Below are positions 24,747-35,836 of a DNA stretch of 64,000 nt, piece after piece. Every line of letters begins with the position of its first letter. The stretch's first letter is position 1. The DNA lies in the NCBI RefSeq assembly GCF_006345805.1, contig NC_043017.1, positions 10,044,001-10,108,000 of the forward strand, in the 5' to 3' direction. A program made the position numbers and the translations under genes. Under the pieces are notes generated by a model. That model ran no database searches, was not told the origin of the DNA, and worked only from the letters and a program-made list of their open reading frames with translations. The stretch comes from Octopus sinensis. Its lineage: Eukaryota.

Positions 24747-25108
24747 CTTTATATATAAAAGTGAGGTTGTGTGCTGTCTGTCTCCTACGATTTAGATTCC
24801 TAACTACTCCCACATTTTGCGGATTCATATCGAGCCCTTCTGGGGATTAGCGCACGTCTACGATGAGTCTATGATTTAAAAAAAAATTTACCATGAATTT
24901 TTCCCATTTTTAATGCATTTTTGGCATATATAAGGGAAGTAACTCTCTAAAAATTTATTATTAAATCTCAGAACGTAAAAAGCTACAGTAACCCCCCCCC
25001 CCCCTTGTGGTTAGCCATATTGAGATGGCTATTATACTTTACATCTCTAAAAATGCTTATATAGTTATTTCCCTTACAAACCCGAGCAACGCCGGGCGAT
25101 ACTGCTAG

Positions 25109-25144
<36 letters not shown>

Positions 25145-25338
25145 TATACATAAGTACACACACATATATATAATATAAGGTCAGGGGTGGGTGTGTGGTA
25201 AGAAGCTTGCTTCCTAACCACATGGTTTCGTGTTCAGTTCCACTGCGTGGCACCTTGGACAAGTGTCTTCTGCTCTAGCCTCGGGCCGACCAAAGCCTTG
25301 TGAGTGGATTTGGTAGACGGAAACTGAAAGAAGCCCAT

Positions 25339-25372
<34 letters not shown>

Positions 25373-28300
25373 CACACATACATGAAATAAGAAAAAAAAA
25401 GAGAAAGAAACCTATCACCTAACGGTGCCCTTAACAACATAAATCACTCATATGATAGATTCCAAAAGGATCAATTGTAAAGAATTACACTCTCTTCAAA
25501 AGAAAAAAAAGGCCCACAACCCCTCATCTTGAAATGTCTCTTTTATTTCTCAATGTTTCAGGAAAGAAAACTCTGGAAGAATATTTTAAATTGTGCAAGC
25601 CCATATCTGGTCCAGAAACATATACACGTCTTCTGGGGGCAATAAGAAATGCCTTCACCAATATGGCAATGTTCGATTATCCCTATGCAACACCCATGCT
25701 TCCGATCGGAAACCCAGTCAATGTGAGTTTCTCTCGTTTCTGTTGGTTCTCCATCTTTTGTGATTTTATGCAATATTTTGTTTTATTTTATTTTTTTTTA
25801 TTAATATATAGACAGAGGCGTGGTTGTGTGGGCAAGAAGTTTGTGTCCTAATTATATGGTCTTAGGTTCAGTCCTTTTGCATGGCACCTTGGGTAGGTGA
25901 ACTCTACTGGAGCCATGGATCAACTGAAGCTTTCAGAGTGGATTTGAAAACTGAAAGAACCCTGCCATATGCGTGCTTGTATGTATGTATGTGTGTGTGT
26001 GTGTGTGTGTGCAAGTTGGGTTGTGGTTGGTCTGCTTACTTCCCAACTCTGTAATCTCAGGTTCAGTCCCACTGCACAGCACCTTGAGTGAGTATCTTCT
26101 ACTATAGCCCTGGGTCAACTAATATCGTGTGTGTGGATTTGGTAGGTGAAAACTGAAAGAAGTCTGTTGTATGTGTTTGTCTTGACATCATGTGATGATT
26201 GCAAGTGATCATTACTAGCATAAAAGCAGGGTCATTCATTCCCAGTCTTCCATAAAAACATGTCTGGCCATGGAGGAAATATTACTTTGCTAAGAAACAG
26301 GTGAAGGTTGATGACAGGAAGGTCATCTGGCCATAGAGAATCTATCTCAACAAATTCCACCTTTTCCATGCAAGCAGAGGAAAAAGTGAATGTTAAAGCA
26401 ATAAGGATACTATTTGTATGTAACTTTTTCCCTATTATTTTGAGTTTTTTTTAAACACACTATCCATTTTTTTCCCAGTATTATTGTTTGTATTTAAACC
26501 AAAATAGAAGTTCCCTGATATATTCATTCTCTGATGTATCTTTAGTGGACAAATAAATCTGACATTGCTGATTTTCTTCAAGTCTTCATTTTCATGCTTT
26601 TTGCTTTTCAGAAATCTTGCCAAATGATGCAAGAAGCCAGTGATGTCTTGAAAGGATTGGTTGATGTCACAAGTAAGTTTGGTTTTGAGTTTTATTAGGA
26701 AAATTGGTAAAGGATTTATTATCAAGGAATTGTAAGAAATTGCGCAAGAGTTTGCTGACAAGGAGTGAAAGAATTTCGTGACATTGAGTGAAGGAGTTTA
26801 TGATGAAGGGAGAAAGTTTATGAGAAGAGGTCCAGAAGTTTTTGAAAAAGATATGACTAGGGGTGAAAGAGATTCTGACAAAAAGTTAAAGAGAAGGGGT
26901 GAAAGATTTTATTGAGAAGGGGTAAAGGAAGAAAGAATTTATGACATAGGTAAAAGAAATACGGTGAGAGTTGAACGAGTTTATGACAAAGGGTGAAAGA
27001 GTAATGGCAAGAAGAAAAAGAATTTATGACAAGGAGTTAAAAAGTTTATGATAAAAGGTGAAAGATTTTATTGAGGTGTGAAGAGTGAAAGACTTGGAAT
27101 TATATCTTAATTCTAAGAGCTGAATATATTTCTGCATAAAAGCATATTAAATCTATGTATTCACACTGGGTTTTTTTTCTTTGTTTTTTACCATTCCTCC
27201 AAGACAATCCTAACCCTGTGACAATATTGTGTCGAATCCGATCAAATTTCTCTTTGAGAAAAGACAATACCATAATAATAATAATAATAAGAGAAGCTTT
27301 CCAGCCAACCAACAACACAAATATACAGAATTCCTCATATTTTTTCTATTTAGTTATTTTAATTTTATCATTTTTCCATGTCTCAAAGATGGTAAGCTGG
27401 TAGAATTGTTGGAGCATCAGAAGAAATGCATTACAGCATTTCTGACTCTTTATCTTCTGTGTTCTAATCCCAGGGAGGTTGGCTTTGCTCTTCACCCCTC
27501 CAGGGGTGGTGCATAATTATTGTGGCTTCTTTTCAACAAATTTTATTCAACAAAAAACAATAACGATATTTAACAAAAACCTCTTTAAATGATTGTTCTG
27601 ACCATCTGCCAAGCAGTAATTGAGGTAGATGGTGAATATGCTCCAGAATAATAATTTAAAGATGTTTCTGTTAAATATTGTTATTGCTTTTGTTGAGAAA
27701 AAGCTGCAATAATTATGCACCAACCCAATACCAGTCATGTACTGGGGATCAACGGTATTGACTAGACTAAACCATTTCCTCTCGGAAGAGTTATCATTTC
27801 TGGCTTTTTATGTTCTGGGTTCAAATCCTGCTGAAGTCAGCTTTACTTTCCATCCTTTTAGAGGTCAGAATTAAGTACTAGAAATGTACTTGGAATTGAT
27901 TGCATCAACTACAGCCCCTCCCCTCAAAACTGATGGCCTTTTTACCCTTCTCTTGTCTTTCATTTCAGTGATGTTTTACAACGCTTCCTCGAAACCATTC
28001 CAATGCTTTGATGTTGAGAAAGCATTCATTCCTTGTGCAGATCCGACTGGGTGTGGGGTTGGCCCTGCGTCCGTTGCCTGGGATTTTCAGGTGAGTGTCT
28101 ACTCCTTCATTTTGATTGTTTTTTTTTTTACTTGTTTCAGCCATTAGACTGTGCCCATGCTGGAGCATTACCTTAAGAAATTTTAGCTGAATGAATTGAC
28201 CCCCAGGACTTATTTTCTTATCTAAACCAGCTACTTATTTTATCAGTCTCTTTTGCCAAACTGCTAAGTTACAGGGACATAAACACACCAACACCGATTA

Positions 28301-31300
28301 GAGTTCCTCTTCAGCAAGGTGGAGCCTGAGGCTAAACTTACTACCCCCACCCTCATCACTATTTGTTTAAAATTTTTTATTTCTCTTTTTTCTTCTAATT
28401 TTCTTAACAGCTCTGTGGGGATCTGGCACCACCAACAGGTACAAACAACGTCACTGATATGTTTCCTGTTCTGCCCTTCAATGATAAAATTAGGGACTAC
28501 TATTGCCAAAAGGTCTGGAACACTGTCCCCACATATGACTGGGAATACTGGGGTCAAGGTGAGTAGCTGATTCCTTTTTTTGTGGGGGTTTTGTGTATGG
28601 TTTGGTCATGTGGTTAAGAAGCTTACTTTAGCAACCTTGAGGTTTTGGGTTCAGTCTCACTGTGTGGCATTTTAGGCAAATAGCTTCACACTGACCAGTG
28701 GCTCGTTAGTGTATTTCACTGTTAATTCCTCCAGAAAATAGAAACACTCCAGTTTTACATTCATAGCATCATTAATCTCTAAAACAAAATAATGATAGTC
28801 TTTTCTGCTTTGGGCACAAGGCCTGAAATTCCAGGCTCCATGGGGAAGCCAATTATGTCAACCCCAGTTCTCAGCTGGTATTTATTTTCTCATCCCTAAA
28901 AGGATGGAAAGCAAAGTTGATCTCCGTCATATCTAAACTCAAAGCTGGAAGAAATGGTGCCAAGCATTTTCCAGTTTGCTGCTTTTGCAATAATGGTTTC
29001 AAATACAAGAACAAAACCAGCCATTTTGAAAGCAGGAGCTAAGTCTATACCTGTGACCCCAGTACATGACTGGTACTTTATTTTATCAACCCTTGAGAGG
29101 TGCAAAACAAAGTTCATTTTAGTGGGATTTGAACCTAGAATATAAAGATATTTCTTTATTGCCCACAAGGGGCTAAACAAGGACAGACAAAGGGATAAAG
29201 TCGATTACATCTACCCCAGTGAGTAACTGGTACTTAATTTATCGACCCTGAAAGGATGAAAGGCATAGTCGACCTAGGCAGAATTTGAACTCACAACGTA
29301 ACGGCAGACAAAATACAGCTACGCATTTCGCCTGGCGTGCTAAAGCTTCTGCCAGCTCGCCGCCTGAAGAAATACCATGAAGCATTTTCTTCCAATGCTC
29401 TACCGATTCTGTCATCATATTGATTGAACAACAAAACAATAATTAAAACATAATAATGTGTGTGGGTAGGCCTTTGGTTGAAACTAGTATGTGTTGCACC
29501 TGAGCACTGTATACAATAATTTCATTATTAACATCATTAGATTGAAAAGAAACATTTGTTGTACTTCAAGATGAGGACAAAGCAAATGCTGCTTTGGTTT
29601 TAACAGATATTTTAATCAAGATAATAAATCTTTGTTATTGAAAACATAATCCAACCTTCTTGGCAAATTGTTGATCCCTCAGGTATATTGAAAACATAAT
29701 CCAACCTTCTTGGCAAATTGTTGATCCCTCAGGTATATTGAAAACATAATCCAACCTTCTTGGCAAATTGTTGATCCCTCAGGTATATTGAAAACATAAT
29801 CCAACCTTCTTGGCAAATTGTTGATCCCTCAGGTATATTGAAAACATAATCCAACCTTCTTGGCAAATTGTTGATCCCTCAGGTATATTGAAAACATAAT
29901 CCAACCTTCTTGGCAAATTGTTGATCCCTCAGGTATATTGAAAACATAATCCAACCTTCTTGGCAAATTGTTGATCCCTCAGGTATATTGAAAACATAAT
30001 CCAACCTTCTTGGCAAATTGTTGATCCCTCAGGTATATTGAAAACATAATCCAACCTTCTTGGCAAATTGTTGATCCCTCAGGTATATTGAAAACATAAT
30101 CCAACCTTCTTGGCAAATTGTTGATCCCTCAGGTATATTGAAAACATAATCCAACCTTCTTGGCAAATTGTTGATCCCTCAGGTATAAGATTCTTCAAGT
30201 TTTGAAGCAATATAAAGCTTTGCTTTCATTGACAGAATCAATATTTCTTGTTTCTGTTGCTGAAGAACCCCTTCAGAATTCATTCATACAGCTGGCATTG
30301 TCTGATATAGGTCTGATCCAAACTCATTTTTATAGGATAAAATTGATACAAATTTAATCAATATGGCTAATGAAGAAAAAGAAATCCCATTAGAATGTAA
30401 AAATGTTTATTTTATGACAAGTATTATCACTATATTATTTCAGACTTGAAAACAACCAGTAATATCGTTTTCTCAAATGGTGATCTGGATCCTTGGCACC
30501 GTGGTGGGGTAAGTACATGTTTCCTTGTGTTATGGTTTAAAAATCTTAAAAGGATTGTTATATAACAAATGGTTGAGGGACATTTGCAGAAAAGTTACAC
30601 ACACACACTGGATCTTGGTGTATCCTTCTGGCTTGTCAGCATGGAAAAAGGGACAACAATAATGATGACACACATGCACGCACCTATATATATGTTGTGT
30701 GTAGAATTGCTTTTTCTTCAAACAAATATTAAAGCCATGTTTATGTTGTAATTGTGAGTTCTTTGCAACAGTCAAGTCCCTAAATCCATCAACACTTCTG
30801 GACCTTCAGTTTCATCTTCAGGATTTAAAGTATTATTTCTGTATAAATAGCTGCCTTTTTTATGGTAGGTAAATGTGGTTTATTTGGATTTTATCACAGG
30901 TATTTGGAATTCATTCACATTCAGCCTGTTTAATATTAGATGGGAAAGGCTTAAATTATTGGGTTTACTGACAGGAAGGGTACCTGGCTGTAGAAAGTCT
31001 GCCTCAACAAGTTTTCTGTGACCAATACTAGCATGGAAAAGGGGACATTAAAACAATGATGATGATATCCATTCTACTGTCTGCTGGAACCATGGCTGGC
31101 TGCTTAAGAAGTTCACTTCACAAACGTGGTTTTTGAGTTCAATCCCACTATGTGGCACCTTGGGGAAAATTGTCCTTTATTGTAAGCTCCAAGGAGCAAT
31201 AAGGCAAGCATGTGTGGCTAAGAACACTATAGAGCAGTCTTGGGGACCCTAGTGTTCTCTTATACAAGTCACATATCCCACCCAGCATAACGGGAACTGT

Positions 31301-33765
31301 GAAGTGAAGATTCAGATGGAAGCTTGACCACGTAGCTTTAATCCCACTTAGCATATATTAATATGATCTCATCATTATTTTATTATCTGCTTTTCTGTGT
31401 ATGGCTCAGCTGGAATTCATTGAAGCAAATTTTATAGGTCCAGACCCTTGGGAAGCAAAGTTTCTGCTAGCAAGTTGTACTCGTTCACGAATGACAGCCA
31501 ACAAAAGAAGACGTTAGGATGCTGTGTTTACCGAAAAATTTATGAAAATTCGTAAATCTAACCTGAGCGCCATATCTAGGCAAGGGAGGTAAATCTTCTT
31601 GACTCTGGTCATTTCGCTAAACCACCGCCATTTTGTGTGTTTAACTGCGATATTTTCTGACATGTATTCAAAGCATATCTATGTTCTAGTTTTAAGTTTT
31701 CTATTGGGATTTTTTTCATCTTTTTCTATGGGTTCCTAGTAGGTTGTTGGGGACAGTGATGTTCTTAAATCCATCTGCAGCATTTCTAGACTTTCGGCGT
31801 CTCATCTTTAAGATTAGAAGTGTTATTGGTTTCTTTAAATAACTGCTGCTTATATCGTAGACAGATGTGATTTGTGTAGATCTTATCCTTGGAATCTGAA
31901 ATTTGATCACATCCAATCCATTTGATATTGCCTGGGAAAAAGTTAAGATAGATATTTATTATAAGTTCGTAGTGGGAGAAAAAAAACCTATCCTAAAACA
32001 ATTCCTGGTAAGGGAGGTAACTCTTCCTGACTTCGTGACCAAAATTCAGTTTAAGGAAAATGCTACTCTGTTTTGGTTGACCAGTTCGTAAGTTCATATC
32101 CTATCACAAGTAATGCTGTCCTCACTAGTAAGAGCTCTGACAATTGCATATCAGGTGAAGCAATAATAAAAGGGGGGAAAAAATGTTTAATCGTCTTTAT
32201 GCCAGATACATTTTCAGAATGAGACGTCTTTAGAAACCTGTGGTCTTCAGGTCTTCCAACATAAAACAACCTCACCCAGGTGAACTCGCCAGGGTTAATC
32301 AGACACCAACTTGCATCCTAGTAGCTACAGTCTATGGATCCAAAGCCACCTTGTGGTTGTCTCTGCAGCATCAAACTTTCTACAAATGCTTAAATGTGTT
32401 AATTTTCTAATTTTGTTTTTGTTTTTAAAAATTTCTGTTTCAATATAAAGAGCTTCTTGCTCAAAATCCTGATACAACTTTCTCTTTCTTCCCAGCATAT
32501 TACGCTTTTTTTCCTTTTGTTCTTATAATCTTACTTAAACATCTTGTCTATAACATTTCAGGTTTTGAAATCTGTTTCACCTTCAGTAGTGGCCTTCATG
32601 GTTAAAGGTGGAGCGCATCATTTTGACCTCAAGTAGGTGGCATTTCACATTATAATCTCTCTGAATTGTACAGGGTATAGCAAAAAAAAAATTAATTCCC
32701 AGATTCACCATTTTAGACTAACATTTCAATAACAAACATACAATATGCACCAATCCAAATCATGTCAACTGAAAAAAAAAATAGCAAAACATTAGTTACA
32801 TGCAAACACTGTCACCACCCATCTAACTTCAACAGCCCCACACCATTGGACATTTATAAAATATGGGTGGTTTTTCTGTTGTGCCTTGTATTTCACTGTT
32901 ATTTTCCTTATATTCTGTTGAGATTTGAACTTGTACAATGTCATTCTAAAAATAAACAATCCCATCATTGAAATTATAAAGCTATGAGATAATGCATGAT
33001 TAATTCATAACAATATGTGGAATTAACAGAATCACTAGTTCTGGATAAAAATCTTCAGTTTTTGAACCAAACACTTGTTTTCTTTAACTATGGAAATCTC
33101 ATCAAAAAATGCCTTAATAAATTAACTTTAGCCCTTTAACATTTGAACTGGTCAGATCCTGTCCAAATTGGCATGAGTGGCAAGTAGCTTGCTAACCGAC
33201 CACATGGTTCCGGGTTCAGTCCCACTGCGTGGCATCTTGGGCAAGTGTTTTCTGCTATAGCTCCAGGCCAACCAATGCCTTGTAAGTGGATTTGGTAGAC
33301 GGAAACTGAAAGAAGCCCGGCGTATATATGTATATATATATATATATGTGTGTGTGTATGTTTGTCCCCCTAGCATTGCTTGACAACCGATGCTGGTGTG
33401 TTTACGTCCACGTCACTTAGTGGTTCGGCAAAAGAGACTGATAGAATAAGTACTGGGTTTACAAAGAATAAGTCCCAGGGTCGATTTGCTTGACTAAAGG
33501 CGGTGCTCTAGCATGGCCACAGTCAAATGACAAACAAGTAAAAGAGTAATGAATAAGGATTGCATTCGACAGAGTTAAGACTGCAAGAATCAGTCATAAA
33601 TAAGAGACAGTGGAAGAGAAGCAGCAAAGTAAAATAATGATTAAAAAAATGTATTATCTTTGCAGAGGACCCCATCCGAAGGATTCAGCCAGTGTGATTG
33701 AAGTCCGAGCCAAAGAAGAAGAGATGATTAAGAAATGGGTAGCAGCCAAAAAGATGCTAAACTGA
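10314..33765 (+). CDS. DPP7: Dipeptidyl peptidase 2 (DPP7/DPP-II)-like lysosomal serine peptidase, family S28; 12 coding exons, 1458 nt, 485 aa
   Basis: Twelve GT-AG exons join in frame with consistent phases. Motifs: signal peptide, [35 protein letters not shown] (catalytic Ser), [12 protein letters not shown] (DPP7-type loop), [13 protein letters not shown] (Asp), GGAHHFDL (His). Confidence 0.93.
10662..10909. mobile_element. MITE with long TIRs and 8-bp TSD (hAT-like)
   Basis: TIR GTACTATTTAAGAAGAGTGGT / ACCACTCTTCTTAAATAGTAC; direct repeat ACTTTATT at 10654-10661 and 10910-10917. Confidence 0.8.
10991..11931. mobile_element. Non-autonomous DNA transposon remnant with ~110-bp inverted arms
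   Basis: ATGCAGTTTCGCACCTCTCC...GATTACGAATAT (10995-11083) is the reverse complement of about 11837-11927. Confidence 0.7.
14219..14361 (+). CDS. DPP7: DPP7-like exon 2 ([20 protein letters not shown]...LVVFGEH)
   Basis: ttgcag acceptor, gtaagt donor; [11 protein letters not shown] motif. Confidence 0.95.
14543..14761. mobile_element. piggyBac-like MITE (TTAA|CCCTTTAG...CTAAAGGG|TTA)
   Basis: TIRs and TTAA-like flanks; related copy at 37414-37576. Confidence 0.72.
16369..16535 (+). CDS. DPP7: DPP7-like exon 3 ([10 protein letters not shown]...QALADFA...PVISFGG)
   Basis: tttcag acceptor, gtgagg donor, phase 2; not in the ORF track but translates openly. Confidence 0.95.
17432..18375 (+). 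mobile_element. Cluster of SINE family B: head plus three tandem bodies, then two more copies
   Basis: Body restarts near 17665 and 17839; further copies near 18025 and 18235. Confidence 0.82.
18581..19070 (-). mobile_element. Probable 5'-truncated retroposon embedded in (ATT)n
   Basis: Complex 490-bp segment flanked on both sides by (ATT)n; no long ORF. Confidence 0.5.
19232..19579 (-). repeat. Inverted duplicate of 24110-24458 (end of DPP7 intron 4 plus first 24 nt of exon 5)
   Basis: Reverse complement reads ...ctattaatcaactaaaatattttcattttccattga...gtttgtttcttccagGATTTTTCCAGCTGTGAACCTCAA, including unique non-SINE sequence. Confidence 0.92.
19611..19852 (-). repeat. Inverted duplicate of 20527-20768 (proximal DPP7 intron 4)
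   Basis: Reproduces the locus-specific junction of two SINEs (GAAGTGGAACTCAGAAATAGG(C/T)GCAGGAGTGGC) in reverse complement. Confidence 0.9.
20085..20220 (+). CDS. DPP7: DPP7-like exon 4 ([15 protein letters not shown]...ASAPI...TDVSK); completes the catalytic Ser codon
   Basis: ttgcag acceptor, gtaatt donor; AG|T forms the Ser of GGSYGG. Confidence 0.95.
20242..20655 (-). mobile_element. SINE family A, full length, about 20 nt from the DPP7 exon 4 donor
   Basis: Same consensus as 9071-9446. Confidence 0.85.
21760..23258. repeat. (TATG)n/(TA)n compound satellite, split by a Helitron
   Basis: Recurrent GTATTATGTATG(TA)n unit. Confidence 0.9.
22692..23069 (+). mobile_element. Non-autonomous Helitron
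   Basis: 5' TC(TCTCTCTATATAAA), 3' hairpin CCTGAGCAACGCCGGG then CTAG, inserted between A and T, no TSD. Confidence 0.85.
23258..23702 (-). mobile_element. Retroposon family C with five diverged 5' monomers
   Basis: GGTGCTTTTTA(C/T)GTGC(C/T)ACC repeated about every 62-69 bp. Confidence 0.78.
24435..24510 (+). CDS. DPP7: DPP7-like exon 5 ([25 protein letters not shown])
   Basis: ctccag acceptor, gtaaga donor; phase 0 to 1 fits neighbours. Confidence 0.88.
24746..25108 (+). mobile_element. Non-autonomous Helitron, second subfamily sharing the same 3' end
   Basis: 5' TCTTTATATATAAAAG; 3' CCCGAGCAACGCCGGGCGATACTGCTAG; A|T insertion site. Confidence 0.82.
25562..25722 (+). CDS. DPP7: DPP7-like exon 6 ([14 protein letters not shown]...[26 protein letters not shown])
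   Basis: tttcag acceptor, gtgagt donor; RNAF..AM.DYPY motif. Confidence 0.93.
26612..26672 (+). CDS. DPP7: DPP7-like exon 7 ([20 protein letters not shown])
   Basis: long pyrimidine tract plus cag, gtaagt donor; phase 0 to 1 fits. Confidence 0.85.
26690..27095. repeat. Diverged purine-rich ~22-bp minisatellite
   Basis: Recurring GG(A/G)GTGAAAGA.TTTATGA(C/T)AA-like units. Confidence 0.65.
27969..28090 (+). CDS. DPP7: DPP7-like exon 8 ([15 protein letters not shown]...[19 protein letters not shown])
   Basis: tttcag acceptor, gtgagt donor; CADPTGCG motif. Confidence 0.95.
28411..28558 (+). CDS. DPP7: DPP7-like exon 9 ([23 protein letters not shown]...YCQKVW...YWGQ)
   Basis: taacag acceptor, gtgagt donor; NNVTDMFP motif. 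Confidence 0.93.
29636..30187. repeat. Perfect 50-bp tandem array, 11 copies, in DPP7 intron 9
   Basis: AAAACATAATCCAACCTTCTTGGCAAATTGTTGATCCCTCAGGTATATTG every 50 bp from 29641 to 30141. Confidence 0.97.
30444..30508 (+). CDS. DPP7: DPP7-like exon 10 ([22 protein letters not shown]), catalytic Asp
   Basis: tttcag acceptor, gtaagt donor; SNI.FSNG.LDPW motif. Confidence 0.95.
32562..32632 (+). CDS. DPP7: DPP7-like exon 11 ([23 protein letters not shown]), catalytic His
   Basis: tttcag acceptor, gtaggt donor; GAHH.DL motif. Confidence 0.95.
33178..33549 (+). mobile_element. SINE family A, 5'-truncated
   Basis: Same consensus. Confidence 0.8.
33666..33765 (+). CDS. DPP7: DPP7-like exon 12, terminal ([33 protein letters not shown])
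   Basis: ttgcag acceptor; HP.D..SV..R..E...I..W C-terminal pattern; TGA at 33763-33765. Confidence 0.92.
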
Positions 33766-34278
33766 ATAGTTTTACAGTTATTCAGCAGAGAAATTAATTT
33801 TTTCTAAAAAAAAATGTCATTTAAACATAATCAGAAAAATCTACATTTTTTTTACCGGTTTTAAACATCTACAAATTCTAATTCATTTTTGTTTCTTCCA
33901 ATCGATTTTAAACACGTAAAAAATTCTAATTGATTTTTTTTTTACTTCTATTAAATTTTAATTTTGATACATATCTGCTGTGCTTCTTTTATTTGAAATA
34001 TTTTCTTCTTTCTCTTTTAAGTACAAGGCTTGATATGTTAAGGGAGTGCGAGAGGAAGTTAAACTTGGAACAGAAAGCTACAAGAAATGCCTCTTAGCTT
34101 TATGTGGCAATGTAAAACACAAACCTGTATGCATGGGTGAGTGTTTTTACTGAGTTTGACACATCTAAAGTATAGTAAATCACCACAAACTCCTGGTCCC
34201 TAGTCAAAAACAATAAGTTTTTGAAACCAACCCACCTGGGACCCTGCTTGGTTCTGTGGTAAAACTTTCACATTTTAA

Positions 34279-34665
34279 CCCTTTTGTTGCCATATTTCTG
34301 TTGAAATACATCCGCTTTATTTCAATTAATTCTGAAAATAATAAAGAATTTACTAAAATATTTTGGTCATTAGGAAGCTGGTAATTGGGATATGAATTAA
34401 CATGGAAGATTAATGAGAAATGTTCCATTTAGATCACCTTCAAATGGGAAATTTATATCACAGAAGTAAGGATGGGCTTGGGCGGATTGGCAGCAAGAGT
34501 ATTAAAGAGGTTGAAATTAAAACTTTATCAAAATTTTGCATTAATTTGTTCCAAACGCCAGATTAATTAATGACAAAGTTATTTTACTAAATTCTTCGTT
34601 ATTTTCATGATTAATTAAAACAAAGGAAATGTATTTTAACAGAAAAATGGTAAAAAAAAGAAAGG
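34279..34665. mobile_element. TTAA-flanked fold-back MITE between the two convergent genes
   Basis: TTAA|CCCTTTTGTTGCCATATTTCTGTTGAAATACA ... TGTATTTTAACAGAAAAATGGT...AAAGG|TTAA. Confidence 0.65.
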
Positions 34666-35419
34666 TTAAGACAACTGTGAATTAAGGGTTTTGGCTGCTA
34701 TATCTAGTAGGTCTATAGTGTTGTTCAATAGATTATTTGCTGAAGCAGAGACAGCGTCACCAGGTCTTGTGTTTTGGTGGGGTTTTCAAGAAATTTTTGC
34801 TATGACACTAGAATAAGAAGTAAATTGAAAGAAAACAAAATCTAATGAAATAATGAAGAAACAATGTTATAGCCATTTATTATTTTTTTTTTCAAATTCA
34901 AACTAAGTTTAGAAAAAGGAAAATGTCTGTTAAAAATGGGGGGGAAAAAAGTTATTTCAAAATGAATTACTGGTGAAATTGTCGTTAAAAAAGAAGGATT
35001 TCGTTTTGGGGTGAAGACGGTAATGGATGGAATTAGAGAGCATGATGAGAAATGGTCAAAAATATCTATGGAGATATAAAAACAAGCAGAGAAGGTGGGG
35101 GAGAAAAACGGTAAATTGGAGCTAAATCATATAATAATAAAAAAGGACATTCTTCGTTTTAAGTGTAATTTGGGTTTTTGTTGTTACAAGACATAAAAAG
35201 ACGTTAATAAATAGCCAAAACAAATAAAAAAAAAAAAAATTAAAAATCTTTTTTTTCCATAGAAGTTTCTCTCGTTACACATTTAAAAAAATATATATTG
35301 CTGCTGTAAGAGAATTTGATAAAAGATTCCGATTCCTTCAGCTTTACCAAACTATTGAGATTCTGAAGGGTTAAAGGGAACACCAGCAGATATCAGCATA
35401 AAAATCTGATTTTCATGTA

Positions 35420-35466
<47 letters not shown>

Positions 35467-35674
35467 TCATGTAAGGGCTGGTGTATGTGTGTGAATTTGA
35501 TAATTACACAAAATGTTTGGCAGCACTTTAAAAATTTTTTCGCAGATCCTTTAAAAAATTCTCTTTTAAAATCTCAATTCTTTTTTTTTTTTTCATTTTA
35601 CACACTGACTAAGAGAAAAAAAAATACTTAAATTCTCAAAGTTCTTCTCAAACGAATGTGCTGGTTGAAAGGTT

Positions 35675-35836
35675 TCAGTTTTTGAAATAGGCTAATGAAT
35701 AGCTGCCACAGAAAGCATTGAGGGTCCAGATACCGACGACCCCGAGTATGAAAGGTGTGTTGGGGACTGACCAGTCGTTGTGTTTAGCAGTGCTGAAGTA
35801 CGTCACTAAAAACAGGATAATTAATCCAACATTGAT
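35675..35836 (-). CDS. Membrane protein exon 6, terminal (INVGLIILFLVTYF...GVVGIWTLNAFCGSYSLAYFKN*)
   Basis: tttcag acceptor, 53 codons plus TGA; WTL motif repeats that of exon 4. Confidence 0.85.
   Translation of the reverse strand: MNVGLIILFLVTYFSTAKHNDWSVPNTPFILGVVGIWTLNAFCGSYSLAYFKN

Noticed and set aside
29636-30187. Possible CRISPR array
   Set aside because: Units are identical end to end with no unique spacers; eukaryotic intron and no cas genes
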